Assembly (NCBI RefSeq): GCF_963506605.1
Contig: NC_083279.1
Coordinates: forward strand, 102,176,001 to 102,240,000
Length of the DNA stretch: 64,000 nucleotides
Source: Zootoca vivipara
Taxonomy: Eukaryota
Direction of reading: 5' to 3'
Notes under the pieces: model-generated
The model's input: only the letters and a program-made list of their open reading frames with translations
What the model was told of the DNA's origin: nothing
Database searches by the model: none
In this document: positions 45,410 to 58,900 of the stretch, one piece after another
How positions within the stretch are numbered: position 1 is the first letter of the stretch
Layout of the letters: every line of letters begins with the position of its first letter
Program-made: the position numbers and the translations under genes

Positions 45410-46679
45410 ATTTACAGTATACAGATGCAGGAGGAGGGGCAGACTGGAACACCACTGCTTTTTATAAACATCACTGTGTCTATCAAAGCTACAGCCCCCC
45501 CCCCTTCTTATTCACTTCCTTTTAGCCTTGCAGGGCCACCTTAGTCAAATTGAATCCTCTGCACCCTCATTAAATCGCCAATAGAACTGTTAATGCGATC
45601 CCTGAATGCCCATTAACAACTCCCACTGAATAACAATAGGGTGAATAGGGTGGACCTTGCCTGAAGGGATATTCTGCTCCATTGTCTTAACTGCTTAAGT
45701 ACTGGTAGCTACTTTGCTTTATTTATTTGATGTGTTTTTGTTACAGCTGTGTTCCCGCCCCCAGCAAGTGGAGAGCTGCTCTTGCTAAAGCAAAGCCCTT
45801 TCCACTTCAGTTTTTGGAGGGGCAAAGTATTGGTTATGGTCTGTAAAATACAATAATTTTTTGCTTCTAGGGGGGGGGCAGCTGCCCCCTCCTGCCCCCC
45901 CCTGTCTACACCCATGGCTTGATGACATCCTTTCCCACAGAGAAGGTGGATCCTGGGGAAGGAAAGACAAAGGAAAGACTTGCCCTACCCCCAGCTGTTG
46001 GCTTCCAACTTACACAACAAAAAAGAACCATCACAAACTAGGCCAGTTGACTTGAAATCAGTTCATAGCCTGACCCAGCAGGCTCTCCTTATGTTCTTGT
46101 TTGACTGGTTTTTTCCCTACATAAGTGAGAGCAAGAACAACAGGAAGGAAGAGAAGGCATCCCGACACCACAGGGATCAGAAAGGTATTTGCCCAGATGT
46201 CTTCAGCCAGTGGCCAGACTTGGGTTTTAGCAAATATCAGGCAGAAGAGAGATCCAGAACCAGGGAACAACTATGGTAGAAAGTGCTCTACTTGCCCTTG
46301 ATGCTTAAACATGTCACAAAGAGGAACTGCTCAGGGGCGGCTGCTGCTGGAGATCACAGTGGTGGCCGCCCAAGGTCTGAGACCCACGACAGACTCAGAG
46401 CAGAACCTTTGCTCTTAGAAGGCCTCACTAGCTTAGGTCTACCAACAAATGTACCTTGAGCAGAATTTAGTCAGATACAGACCCATTCTTAATTTAAGGG
46501 CATAATGGTGCAGACTTTGGATGGATTTTATGGAGAGCTTCCCAGGTGGAGCCGGCTGCTGTGCTGGGCGGCTGGAAGTAAAAGATCTCCCCAAGTTGTA
46601 ATTTGATAAGGCAAAGGAAACGGAGGGCCAGGGCCACCCAAGTGATGCCTGGTGTCATGGCCCTTCATAGTTAAAGATG

Positions 46680-49103
46680 AGCCTCCATGGGGCTGTCCCT
46701 GAATAAGTCTGGCCCAACTCATAGCCGCGGACATGCCTTGGACCTGGTGTTTACCTCTATGGATGTTGGTGATATGACACTAAGTAAAAGTGAAACTAAA
46801 GAAGTGCCGTGGTCAGATCACTACCCGGTGCAACTGGACTTCTCTGTGACCCTTCCCCTCTGCTGGGAGGTGGGACCAATTCGGATGGTCTGCCCCCGCC
46901 ACTTAATGGATCCAAATGGTTTCCAGAGAGTGGTAGGGGATGCTTTATCCCATGTTGATGGCCTCTCAGCCGATTCCCTGGTAGCCCGCTGGAATGTGGA
47001 GTTAACCAGGGCTAATGACTGTTTGGCTCCGAAGCACCCTCTCCGATTGCATGGAGCCTGGACAGCCCCGTGGTTTTCCACAGATCTGAGGGCAATGAAA
47101 CAATCGCTGAGACGGCTAGAGCGCCGGTGGCGTATAACTCATTCTGAAGCTGACCGGACATGGGTTAGAGCTCAATGTTGAGCCTACCAAGTGGTGGTAG
47201 CGACAGTGAAGAAGACTTTCTCCACCGCCTCTATTGCATCTGCATAAAACAGCAGCAGGAGACTCTTTCAGGTGGTTCGCAATTTAGCATAACCACCTGC
47301 TCCATCGGGGTCCAGCACGGGCCACATGATCTCCGGCAATGATTTTGCAAAGTTTTTTGCAAATGAAGTCGCTCAGATTTGGGAAGAGGTAGACTCCACC
47401 GTGGGCGCAGGGCTGGGGCGGGGGAGTGCTAGAGATCTGTCTAGTCATGTTGCGTGGGATCTATTTCAATCTATTACCTCTGAGGATGTGAACAGGCTGC
47501 TTGGACGAGTGAAACCAGCCACCTGTCTCCTTGATCCTTGCCCATCCTGGCTTATAAAAGCTAGCCGAGAAGGGCTGGGCGATGGGCTTTGTGGGTTGGT
47601 GAATGCTTCTCTCCGTGAGGGAGCCTTCCCAGACACGCTGAAAGAGGCGGTTATTAAACCGCTTCTTAAAAAACCATCTTTAGATGCAGCCAATATGGCC
47701 AACTATCGCCCAGTCTCAAATCTTCCATTCTTGGGCAAGGTGATTGAGCGAGTGGTTGCTGAACAACTCCAGGCACGCCTGGAAGAAGCGGACCATTTGG
47801 ATCCCTTCCAGTCGGGATTCAGGCCTCATCATGGGACTGAAACTGCCTTGGTCGCACTGGTCGATGATCTCTGGCAGGCTAGGGACGAAGGTGAGAGCTG
47901 TTTCCTAGTTCTGCTGGATCTCTCAGCGGCTTTTGACACCATCGACCATAACATCCTTCTGGACCGTCTAGAGGGCTTGGGAGCTGGGGGCACTGTCATA
48001 CAGTGGTTCCGCTCCTTCCTCCTGGGCCGTGTTCAGAAAGTGGTGGTGGGGGATGAGTGTTCGGACCCCTGGGCTCTCACTTGTGGGGTGCCTCAGGGTT
48101 CTGTACTCTCCCCCATGCTTTTTAACATCTACATGCAGCCACTGGGAGAGATCTTCAGGGGGTTTGGGCTCATCAGTATGCGGATGATACCCAGCTCTAC
48201 CTCTCTTTCAAATCAGAACCAGTGAAGGTGGTGAAGGTCCTGTGTGAGTGTCTGAAGGTGGTTGGAGGATGGATGGCGGCTAACAGATTGAGGTTGAATC
48301 CTGACAAGACAGAAGGACTGTTTGTGGGGGGCAGGAGGCGGGCAGGTGTGGAGGACTCCCTGGTCCTGAATGGGGTAACTGTGCCCCTGAAGGACCAGGT
48401 GCGCAGCCTGGGAGTCATTTTGGACTCACAGCTGTCCATGAAGGCACAGGTCAATTCTGTGTCCAGGACAGCTGTTTATCAGCTCCATCTGGTACGCAGG
48501 CTGAGACCCTACCTGCCTGCAGACTGTATTGCCAGAGTGGTACATGCTCTAGTTATCTCCCGCTTGGACTACTGCAATGCGCTCTATGTGGGGCTGCCTT
48601 TGAAGGTGATCCGGAAACTACAACTAATCCAGAATGCGGCAGCTAGACTGGTGACTGGGAGCGGCCGCTGAGACCACATAACACCGGTCTTGAAAGATCT
48701 ACATCCGAGCACAATTCAAAGTGTTGGTGCTGACCTTTAAAGCCCTAAACGGCCTCGGTCCAGTATACCTGAAGGAGCGTCTCCACCTCCATCATTCTGC
48801 CCGGACACTGAGGGCCTTCTGGCGGTTCCCTCTTTGCGAGACGCCAAGTTGCAGGGAACCAGGCAGAGGACCTTCTCGGTAGTGGTGCCCGCCCTGTGGA
48901 ACGCCCTCCCATCAGATGTCAGAGACAAAAACAGCTACCAGATTTTTAGAAGACATCTGAAGGCAGCCCTGTTTAGGGAGGCTTTTAATGTTTAATCGAT
49001 TGTTTTCTTTGTTTTGTTTTGTTTTTCTGTTGGAAGCCGCCCAGAGTGGCTGGGGAAACCCAGCCAGATGGGCGGGGGTTAAATAATAAATTATTATTAT
49101 TAT
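46680..49103 (+). mobile_element. 5'-truncated, decayed L2-clade LINE (APE C-terminus and RT, with stops and frameshifts)
   Basis: APE motifs THSRGHALDLVF and SDHYPV. RT motifs NYRPVSNLPFLGKVIE, QSGFRPHHGTETAL, LLDLSAAFDTIDH and GVPQGSVLSP, with YADD in a shifted frame near 48177. 3' tail GAAGCCGCCCAGAGTGG...CCAGATGGGCGG followed by (TTA)n. Confidence 0.9.
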
Positions 49104-49444
49104 ATATCTTTTTTTGGCAAGAGAGATCAACAGCAGCTTCCACCGTGCTCTGGATAAACATGCTTACACACTTCCAGGCTCTAGGCAGTGGCCCACAGGT
49201 CTGGGCCCCATGGAGCACTTGCAGCAACAGTGGGGCCCGTCCCCTCCCCTGGCTTCTATACCTTTCACTGACAAGGTGCGTGCCTCCAACCTGACCTGAG
49301 ACTTCTCCTGCCAGGAAGTCATCACTGCTCTTCCCTTTTCATGTCCTTCCTGGTTAGAATAATAGAATCTTAGCATTGGAAGGGACCCTAAGGGTCATCT
49401 AGTCCAACCCCCTGCAGGAATCTCAGCTAAAGCATCCATGACTA

Positions 49445-49722
49445 CTACTACTACTAATAATAATAATTTATTGATACCCCGCCCATCTGGGCAGCTCCCA
49501 GCAGAATATTAAAAATAGAATCAAACATTAAAAACTTCCCTAAACAGGGCTTCCTTCAGCTGTCTTCTAAAGTCACATAGTTGTTACCGGTAGCTCCTTG
49601 ACATCTCACGGGAGGGTGTTCCACAGGGCGGGTGCCACTACCGAGAAGGCCCTCTTTCTGCTTCCCTGTAACCTCACTTCTTGCAGGGGGGAACCGCCAG
49701 AAGGCCCTTGGCTCTGGACCTC
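49445..49722 (-). mobile_element. L2 3' end fragment (other L2 tails near 9880-9935, 10497-10575, 59955-60010)
   Basis: Reverse complement matches 48810-49100. Confidence 0.75.
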
Positions 49723-52700
49723 AGATGGCCATCCAACCTGTTTAAGAACTTCCACCTTCCTCTCGTGGGAATCTCTTCCACTGCTGAACAGCTCTTACTG
49801 TCAGAAAGTTTTTCTGAATGTTTAGTCGGAGCAACACGGTTCCTCTGCTCTCTCCGGTGCCCTCCAGCTGCTCGCCCACGAACTGCGACAAAGGCTCGTG
49901 CCCGGGGCAAACGCTGCAGGGGAGCCTCCACCCCCAAGCCCCTTCCCAGTGGGCGCGTCTGCTCCGCGGGGTTTCCCCCTCACCTCCTGGAGGGTTGCGA
50001 GAGGCGGCGCGCTCGGCTGGGTTCGGGGGCTCCAGAGGGGCGTGAAGACAGCGGGGCTGCCTGGCTGGTTCGTGCAGCTGTAGAATCATAGAGTTGGAAG
50101 GGATTCCCCAGGGTCATCTAGTCCACCCCTGTCAGGCAAGACTCGCAGCTCAAGCGTCCAAGTTCACCCGGAGTTCACGTCTGCCGGCCGGGGTGTGTGT
50201 GTGTGTGTGTCTTCGGGCCGCTCTGGCTAATCCTGCCAATTGGCCGCCGCGGGGAGCTGAGCCGGCCTGATTAGGCGCATCTGCTTCGGGGCTTAGGCTA
50301 AGCGGATGAAGCTCGGCGCCCCCGAAAGCTGAGCGCGCGACGGGGCGGGAGCTTGGACCAGGCAGGACCGCTGGCTGCAGCGGTCGAGGGTCGCGCGGGT
50401 CGCGAAAGCCCCCGTCCGCCGTCCAGTCAGGGCCTCCGGAAGCAGCCCCGACCCCCAGCTTTGGTTCTGCCTTCGCCCACTGCGCCGGCCGGGGCTTTTC
50501 CTTGCCGCCGCAGGTCTGGGCGTCGGAGTGGGGTAACCCGAGCAAACTGCACTTGGGGGGGGGAGGGGCGTTGGAGGGAACAGCCATCCAGGAGGAAGAG
50601 AGGCTGCTCAGGCGATGGAGGGGCGAGAGCCCCGTCGGGGGCAATCGGGGGCTAGAGCCGCCACGACTATGCTTCGACTCTGCAGCTAGAGGCAGCCCTG
50701 CTTTTGCCTGCCCGTGGCTGGAAGCACAGGAGGGGCGAAGGCTCTTGGCTCGGATCCTGCTTGCCGGCTTCTTTTGGGGGCGTCTGGTCGGCCACTGCGA
50801 GGACAGAACAGGATGCCGGATCCTGGACCCGAAAGCTCTTCTTTTCTGGCCCATTAAGATGCCACCCCGAAGGGGCCCGCCCCAAGGTTGCCTTGGGGGG
50901 TACGGGCCCCGTCTTATCCCCTCAGCGACCCCCCCCCAAGAAGACGAGTCCTTACAAACACGGTGTGGTTTATTAAGGCATTACTTCAAAAAGTTGGCAC
51001 TTGGATCTGGTCCCTGCTCAAAAGGAGGGCAAGGGAGGGGGTGGGCGGGGCACCCGGGACTTCTCATGCTGCGGGTGCTCAGCAATACAAAAAGATACAA
51101 AATGCTGGAAATAGGAAACAGATTACAATAAATAAACAGAGCCTGCCAGGCTGGGCTGCAGTCAGGAAAGAGAAAGGCCGGGGGCGGACGAGGATGCCAG
51201 AGAGGGAGGCTTCAGGACATGTCTCGGTGGGGGGACAGAGGGCCACCATCCCTCGCCCGCTCAGCAGGGGTCTCCTGTGCTTGTAACCTCAGAAAGTCCT
51301 GGGCCAGTGGTCTTGAGCATGCAGGCAGCAGTTCTGCTGGTAGAGCTTTTCCCGGCCTGGAGAGGAAGTGCCCTTGGCTGCCACCCCCACCCTCCTGTGC
51401 AGGAGCCTTCTGGGAAGCCTCTGGGCAAGGAGCAAACTTGTTGCAGCTTCCGTCCCCTTCCCGCCCCTGCCCTGATGGGGTCTCTCTGCCATGCTTCCTA
51501 TGCTTCTTCAGCATCCTGCCCAATGCACCCATCAACTCTTCCCATTTGCAGCTTTCAAGCCCCTGTGGCCCCTCAAGGTCCTTCCCTTCCTGACATGCTA
51601 GCTTTCCATCTGCAGGGCATTTTACTTTGTGCGGGAACATGGCCTCTTGCCAGCACTGGCAGGGAAGGGTGGAGCAGCTGCTTGGCATGCAGAAGATCCT
51701 GGGTACAAAACTTGGCAGCCTCTCCAGTTTAGGCCTGGGAAGGTCCCCTGTCTAGACAGCTGCTACCAGCCAGAGCTGGAGGGGTTCAGGAGAGGCCGCT
51801 CCCTCTGCTTGCCCTTATTCTCATGTATGTGCCTGTAGGGCAGGATGGGGGTGGACAGTCAGGGTTGTTTAATTATTGCTACTGTAGTACCATTCACTCC
51901 CCTCACTGAAAAAAAGAAGCCAAGGGAGGGGCACTTGGTTATTGCAAGTGGCCAGTCTGTGCTGGGGGGGGGGAGGTATTGCTTTGAAGGAGAGTTGTGG
52001 GGAGTCTGGGGTCCCCTGCTTCAGTCTCAGACAAAGAGCAATGCGGACAAGAAGGTTATTGGTGCTGTATCACCCCAAGACCCCATGGCCCTCACACCCA
52101 GTGCCAAGCTGTCAGAGTGCTGCCCTTCCTGGGCAGCACCCAGTGTGAGCGAGCAAAGTGAAGGTGCCCTCTTCCTAGGTTAAGATTTGCTTGTGTGTGT
52201 GTGTTGGGGGGGGGAAACCAGCCCCCCAAGGCATGCATATGCCTGTGCAAAGCAAGCAGTGGGAGGAAGGCACAGGGGCCCCTGGCATGGAAGGGGAGCT
52301 GGTGGCACGGTGCGGGACTGTGAAGGGCAGAAGTTGCACCTACCTTGGCAGAGAGAGAGAGATGCTTTGGTCAAGCAAAGAGGCCCCTCCATGCTGGCTG
52401 CCCCCTTTGCTGCTTTGGGGTGCCTTTGAGTCCCATTGCAATTGCTGACTCTACAGGAGCAGCTTGGAACAGCAGCAGCATCTCACGGGTCTGGAGGGGG
52501 CAGTGACAGCCCTGAGAGGCAACAGCGGCTTCAGCCAGACGCCCCTTCAGCAGACCCAGCCCAGCCAGCTCCGTGTGCATGGGGGAGCAGTGCCACATGG
52601 GGGTGGGTGGGGGTGGAACAATACTGAGAAGGTGGTGTGTGTCTTCCTGTGAGTAGCGTCTGTACATGGGTCGGGGGCAGTGGAAGGATGGCAATGAGAT

Positions 52701-52978
52701 CTGTCACATGGAATGCCCCCCTGGGAGCGCAGCCCATGTCCTGCCACCACTTTTGCCAGCCAGTTGCCTGGAGAGGGACGCATTCTGCCCCTCACAGCAT
52801 CCCTTTGCATCGAGGAAGAGGTGAGGACGGTGATGCCAGGGCAGTTTCTGCAACCCACGACTCTCCTGCAGGCAGAGCTCCCCAGACGCAGGAGCCAGCC
52901 TAGCAAAGTCCCAGTCTCGGCTCCAGGAGTGCGGGGAGGGGGCTTGTGCTCAGTCAACACCCTTTCCAGAGTCCCAAG

Positions 52979-55900
52979 CTAAATGCGGAGCTCGGCCTCC
53001 TCAGAGGCCTCCAGGGAATGCTCGGTGCTGATGGCGGACGTCGAGGGCCCCTGGGAGACCCCGAAGGGTGAGACCATGGGGGATCGCGCTGCCAGTGGGG
53101 AGAGAGAGGGAGAGAAGCTGGGTGACATGGCGGCCGAGGAGAGGGAGCCCTCATGGCTGATGGGGGAGCGTCGCAGAGAGGAGGAGGAGGCTGTGGCCAG
53201 GTGGGGGAAGGCTCGCCCCACGGCCGGCTTGGGGGGCACTGACTTGGCGCCCGGGTGCGCCACGGAGGTGATGAGTGGAGGTGGGTCGATGCGGGGCTTG
53301 GGCTTGGTGGGGAAGGGCTTACGCAGGGAGCTCTCGTCCTTCAGGCGGGCAATTTCTGTGAAGACGCTGGCCAGTGGCTGAAACTGGGGGCACCAGTTGA
53401 GGAGGTAGTCCCAGTTGTAGCTGCCGCGAAGCTCCTCATCACTGGCCACAATGGCTGTCAAGGACCCATCCACACATGGCTTCCCGTCCTCCGGAAAAGA
53501 GTAGTCTTTGGGGGCGGAGGAGACGCTGAGCCCACAGCCGGCCCCCAGGTAGGGACCGCTGCTGCCCCCGTCCTCCCGGTAGAGCTGGGGGGGCTGGCCG
53601 GGAAGCAGCAGGCCACCGGGCCCCTTCCGGTTCTTGAACCAGTGAGCCGCATCCAGGGTGGCAGGCTCGCAGGAGACGTCAGAGAGACGGTCTGCGTCCG
53701 TCTGGATGCCGGAGTCAGGTCCGCGAGCCGCCAGGTGCTCCTGCAGGGAGGAGGTGACGCTGGACATGCGGGGGCACTCATTGATCATGCGGATTTCATC
53801 ATCCTCGGCTGCCTCGGCTGAGCCTCGCCCGCTGGAGTGGGAAGGGTCCAGAGACCCACCCCGGGTGTAGGGACCGGCCGGTTCCGTGCCATAGCCAGGC
53901 AGAGCCTCGTGGTAGAGGCAGTCACCGCCGGGCAGGGCTGGCTCGCTGTGGCCCAGCTTCTGCATGGAGCCGCTCTGCACATGGGCCAGATCCACCTCCT
54001 TGGGGCCACGGCTCTGCCGTGAGCGGACCAGGGCCAGCACAATGGCCACAGTGGCCAGCACAACCACCACGCCGAGGGAGGCGGCCACGGCCACCACCAG
54101 CAGCAGGTTGAGGTCAGGCACCAGGCCGAAGGAGGTGTGCGTCACGTCCACGGTGACCTGGGTGGAGGCCGAGCGCGAGGCGGGCAAGGGGCTGTGGGCC
54201 TGCACCTCCAGCACCATTTCCCGGGGCTCTTGCTTGGGAGGCCCCCCCGAGGGCGCCTGGCTGTCCACACGCAGGTAGATGGTGCCACTGGTTTGGTTGA
54301 TCCCGAAGAAGGGAGACTGCTTGAGCAGCGTGTAGAGCACCACGCCGTCGGGGCCTTCGTCCTCATCTGTGGCCACCACGGCCCCAATGCTCTGCCCCCG
54401 CTGGGCACCCTCGGGGACCTCGAAGCTGTAGGCTGGGCTGAGGAACACGGGGTCATACTCATCCTCCCCAGTCACCAGAATACGTACAGTGGCCGTGGCC
54501 GACGTGTTGCCAACATCCGTGGCCTGCACCCGCAGCTGGATGGCCTTCGTGCGCTCAAAGTCAAAGGGCTGGAGCGCGTGCAGTTCCCCGGAGCTGCTGT
54601 TGATGGCGAAGGCCTCCCTCCCCTCGGTCGGCAGCAGGGCGTAGTGCAGCTCCCCAAAGGCTCCCACGTCCAGGTCCACGGCCCGCACAGTGGTGACCAG
54701 GCTCCCTGGCGGCAGGTTCTCCCGCAGGCTGCAGCTCAGCACCTCCAGGGGGAAGTAGGGGAGGTTGTCATTGACGTCCTTCACCTCCACAGTGACGGAC
54801 GCTAGGGCAAAGTGGCCGCCTGCTCCATCCGAGGCCCGCACCACCAGGCTGTGCAGGGCCTGGGCTTCGCAGTCCAGCGCCTTCGCCAGGCGCAGTGCCC
54901 CTGTGGATGGGTGCAGCTGGAAGAGCCCGCCAGGGTCCCCGGAGCTGATGGTGTAGCGGACCTGGCCGTGGGCCCCCGAGTCAGGGTCCTGGGCTCCCAC
55001 ACGCAGCAGCTCTGCCCCGGGCACGGTGCCCTCGCTCACGGCCACGTGGTAGGCAGAGCGTCCAAACACCGGGGGGTTGTCATTGACGTCCAGCACAGTG
55101 AGAAGTACGGACACCACGGCGCTGTGCTGAGGCACTCCCCGGTCTGACACGGCCACCGTCAAGTTGTAGACCGCCACGGCCTCAAAGTCAAGGGGCTCCA
55201 CCAGCACCAGGGCGCTGGCGCCCCCGGAACGGCCCTCCAACTGGAAGGCGTGGCCACTGTTCCCGCTGACAATGGTGTAGTCAAGGGCCGCATTCTCCCG
55301 CGTCACGTCGGCATCTATGGCTTCCAGGGTGAGCAGGGTGGTCCCCGGGTGCAGGTCCTCTGACACGCAGGCGTTGTAGTGCGGCTTCAAGAACTGAGGC
55401 CCGTGGTCGTTCACATCCAGCACTTGGATCTGCACCGTGGTCCAGGCCGAAAGGCTGGGTGTGCCCCGGTCATGAGCCTCCACTAGGATGTCCAGTGTGG
55501 AGCACCCCGGGTCCAGCACCAGGAGCTGCGTGGTGAACAAGGTCCCTAGGAGGGCAGAGAAAGGGCAGTGAGGAAGAATAGGAGGAGGAAGAGGAGGAGG
55601 TGGAAAAGGAGAAGAAGGAAGAGAAGAAGAAGGAAGAGAAAGAGGAGCAAGAACATCACAGAGGACAAAGAAGAGGAGAGAGATGAAGAGGAGAAAGGAG
55701 GAGAAGGAAGAGCTCAGCCAAAGTCCCCCCCCCCACTTCAGAACTGCCCCTGCCCCTCCAAGGCGTCTCACAGGGGCCTTTCTGTGGATACAGCCTCCTC
55801 CCACTGCTGCCTTCCTACCGTTGGTCCGGTGGATGGAGACCAAGCGGCTTGGCCTGGCCAGCTGGTAGGTGACCTCCCCATTGGCGCCCGAGTCCAGGTC

Positions 55901-58900
55901 TGTGGCGCTGAGGGTCAGGATGGGGCTGCCGGCTCGGATGTGTTCTGGCAGTACAACCTGGGAGGACACAGGGGGTTACCAGTCATTCCTTGGCATTTAT
56001 TTGCCCTCCAAGGTTGTGGGGAAAACCCACATGTTGGCATGAGCTGCCCCCCCCACCCAGGGCCTCCTGGGTTCCCTTGGGTGCCTGTGCGAGGAGCCAA
56101 AGGGGGAGCAGAGCAGAATGAGGGCAATGAGGAGGGTGTCGGGGAGGGAGGCGTGGTCTCTCTGGCACATGACTGAGCCATGTTGAGCTGAAGGGGGCAA
56201 CTCACACCCAGATACTTTTCCATATTTGGCGTAAGTGACGTTTAAACTAAAGCAGCAACATAGCGATTTGCATCGAGGTTTGTAACTGAAGGTGCTGTCG
56301 CTGCTCCGCCCTCTGAATCCTATGCTCTGAGCCTCTTTTCTGCATTTTTCCACACGGCATTTGTGTGGAACCGCTGCAGAACTCCCCTAGGCAGATCGCT
56401 TTGGGAATGGCCTTCTGACAGGTTCTGCCCTGCCTGGCAAAGGACGTGCGGCCCCTGAGGGGAGAAGCCCGAGGGCGAAGGCTGCACACCTGATACAGGG
56501 CCTGGGAGAAGACCGGAGGGTTGTCGTTGACGTCTTCCACCAGCACCGTGACGTTGGCCTCCGTCTCGTGCTGAGAGTCTGAGGCGCGCACGGTCAGTGC
56601 ATATCGGCTGCGCTGCTCATAGTCCAGCGGCCCCAGCAGAGTGATGCGGCCCCCGTAGCGCAGGATGCTGAAGGTGCCAGCGGTGCCACTGTCCAACACC
56701 AGCATGTAGGAGAGCTGTGGCCCGCAGTCCACGTCGTTGCCCGTCACCATGGTGATCTCGGTGCCCAGCAGGGCATCTGTGGAGTGGGGAGGGGGTCAGA
56801 GCTGGGCCTGCCGGGGGCAAAGGCCATGTGAAGCTGTTTGGGGTTGCCCAGGGGGGCAAGGCTTCTCCTCCCCCATCTCAATGGAGGGCTCTGTGCCAGC
56901 ACTAAGAGAAAGAATCTCTGCACACGCTCAGAGGTGCTCATGTCTTCAGGTTCTGCAAGAGTTTCCCAGGTGACACCCTCTGGGCCCGCTTTTGAGGGGA
57001 GCCCTGCAGAGAGCGCCCCGCTTCCCCACAACGCCCCTCCCCCACCAGCCAACCAAGGGGGGCTTCCATCTACTCACTCTCAGGCACTCGCACCTCCCAG
57101 GGGGCAGGGATGGTGGGGCTGTTGTCATTCACATCCATCACCAGCACCGTGAGGGTGGCAGAGCCCACCAGGGGAGGGTTTCCTCGGTCTGTTGCAGTCA
57201 GCACCAGGCTGTGGGCGGGAGGGAAGCAGGAGCGTCTCAGGGACCAGAAGGCACAGGTGACGTCTGCCTGGGGAATGGGGGTCAGGGCCAAGGAGAGGCC
57301 CACAGGGTGCCTTTGTGGGGGCTGGTGCCCCTCCCCCTTTGGCATCCTGTGGACTGGCAGCCTTCAGGAGGACCCCACAGGCACCCCTGCTCTTCCAGGG
57401 AGCGCATGGCGGTGGCAGAAGAGGGAACTGGCCCGGCCTGGCCCAGTCGCAGACCTACCTTTTTGGGCCCCTGAAGCTTGAAATGTCACGGGGGGCCCTT
57501 GGCAACCAGCAACGAGGTCTGGGTAAGCCCTGTTCTCTTCTTCATTGATAGAACTGACACCTTTACAACATCTGTGCTACTGACTCTTGGACTTTGGTGT
57601 TGTTGAAATACATACAACAAAAACTTAGGCTCAAATCAATGCAGCTCAGATTGGGTCTACTAGACCCCAAAAATTTAAGCATCGTGGACTAAAGTTGCTT
57701 CTGGGGTCCCTCTGGGATTAAGAGCCCTGAAGCTGAAGCTTCATTAGTTTCATAGTAGATCTGTCCCTGCCCGTCCCCCAATCCCCCAATCCCTGCCCTT
57801 TGTGGATTGGCTGCCTCTCCATGGTTCAGTTCAGTTCAGTTCAGAGTTGCTTCCTGTGAGGAATCCCAAAGAGATTCACCCCGCAGTAGAAACACATCTA
57901 TCAAAACTATTAAAAGCATCACACACACACAATTTAATCACCACTTCTCTCCCTCTACCCAACATCAACAGAGCCCCACATGGGCTCCTCGCGAGGCTTG
58001 TGGCCATAGTCGATCCATGGCCTCCATGGCTGGAAGTGGGGAGGACAAAGGGCAGACTCACCGGGTCTGGGCCCAAATCTCCCTGTCCAGAATGGCCGCT
58101 GTCGTGATGGCGCCCGTCTGGCTGTTGATGCGATAGAGCCCATTCATGGGCAGCGTCTGGTTGATGGTGTACGTCACCTGCCCGTTGGGACCCTGGTCCA
58201 AGTCATCTGCCACAACCTGCCGTGAGAAGGCATGGAGAGTCCTGCCGCCGCATGGACCTGGCCCAAATGGCCCCCCCAGGACTCCCCCCCCAGAACTCCC
58301 CCCCATCCCCATTGCTGCTCAGCCAAAGAGCCAGCCACCCCAGAGCACCCCTTCCCTTCCCACCTGGATGACAGGCGAGTCATAGCCCTGGGCCTCCCAG
58401 ATGAAGGCCACGTAGTTGGGCAGCCGGAAGCACGGGTGGTTGTCGTTGACGTCCTGCAGGTTGACGTTCACAGCCATGAAGCTGAAGGAGGAGGCGGACT
58501 CTGCCTGCAGCACTAGGCGCAAGCGGGGGCTCAGCTCAAAGTCCAGGCTGCGGGGATTCTGCACGGACACCAGGCCTGCCAGGGCAGAAAGGGGGAGATT
58601 GGCCACCTGCGCCACCCTCTCTCCACGCAGGGAGGGTCCCCAGGGGAAGCTGTGTGGCAGGGGCCACCCTCTCCCTCTCCCGCAGCCGAGGCTCCTCCTC
58701 GCCTACCCTTGAGAGCAACATGGGGGCTGCTTGGGTTCCTTTGCCATGGAGGCCTGCGCTCCGAGTCTGGCAAGGGCAGCCTGCCAGCAAGGTCCCTGGG
58801 CAGCGAGAAAAGCTGGACCCAAATGGCCAGATCAAGGAGGAGAGAGGCCCTTGCACCCTGCAGCAGGAACACGTCCAAGCAAGTAGTGGAGAAGAAGGGG

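Larger units (their letters stand above)
33220..45916. mobile_element. hAT-like non-autonomous DNA transposon shell enclosing a tandem repeat, the ERV and a nested MITE
   Basis: Left end CAACGGCGTAGCCAGG and right end (reverse complement) CATGGGTGTAGACAGG match at 12/16, each with a nearby internal G-tract. Perfect 8-bp TSD GCTTGATG at 33212-33219 and 45917-45924. Confidence 0.7.

Noticed and set aside
46680-49103. L2 element as an active or domesticated reverse transcriptase
   Set aside because: It is 5'-truncated, has premature stops (about 47180-47290) and has a frameshift just before YADD.
55546-55818. Hydrophobic and Pro-rich insert in the 996-aa DCHS1 ORF
   Set aside because: It is a stop-free 273-nt GT-AG intron with a pyrimidine-rich tract on the coding strand, and it interrupts a cadherin repeat.
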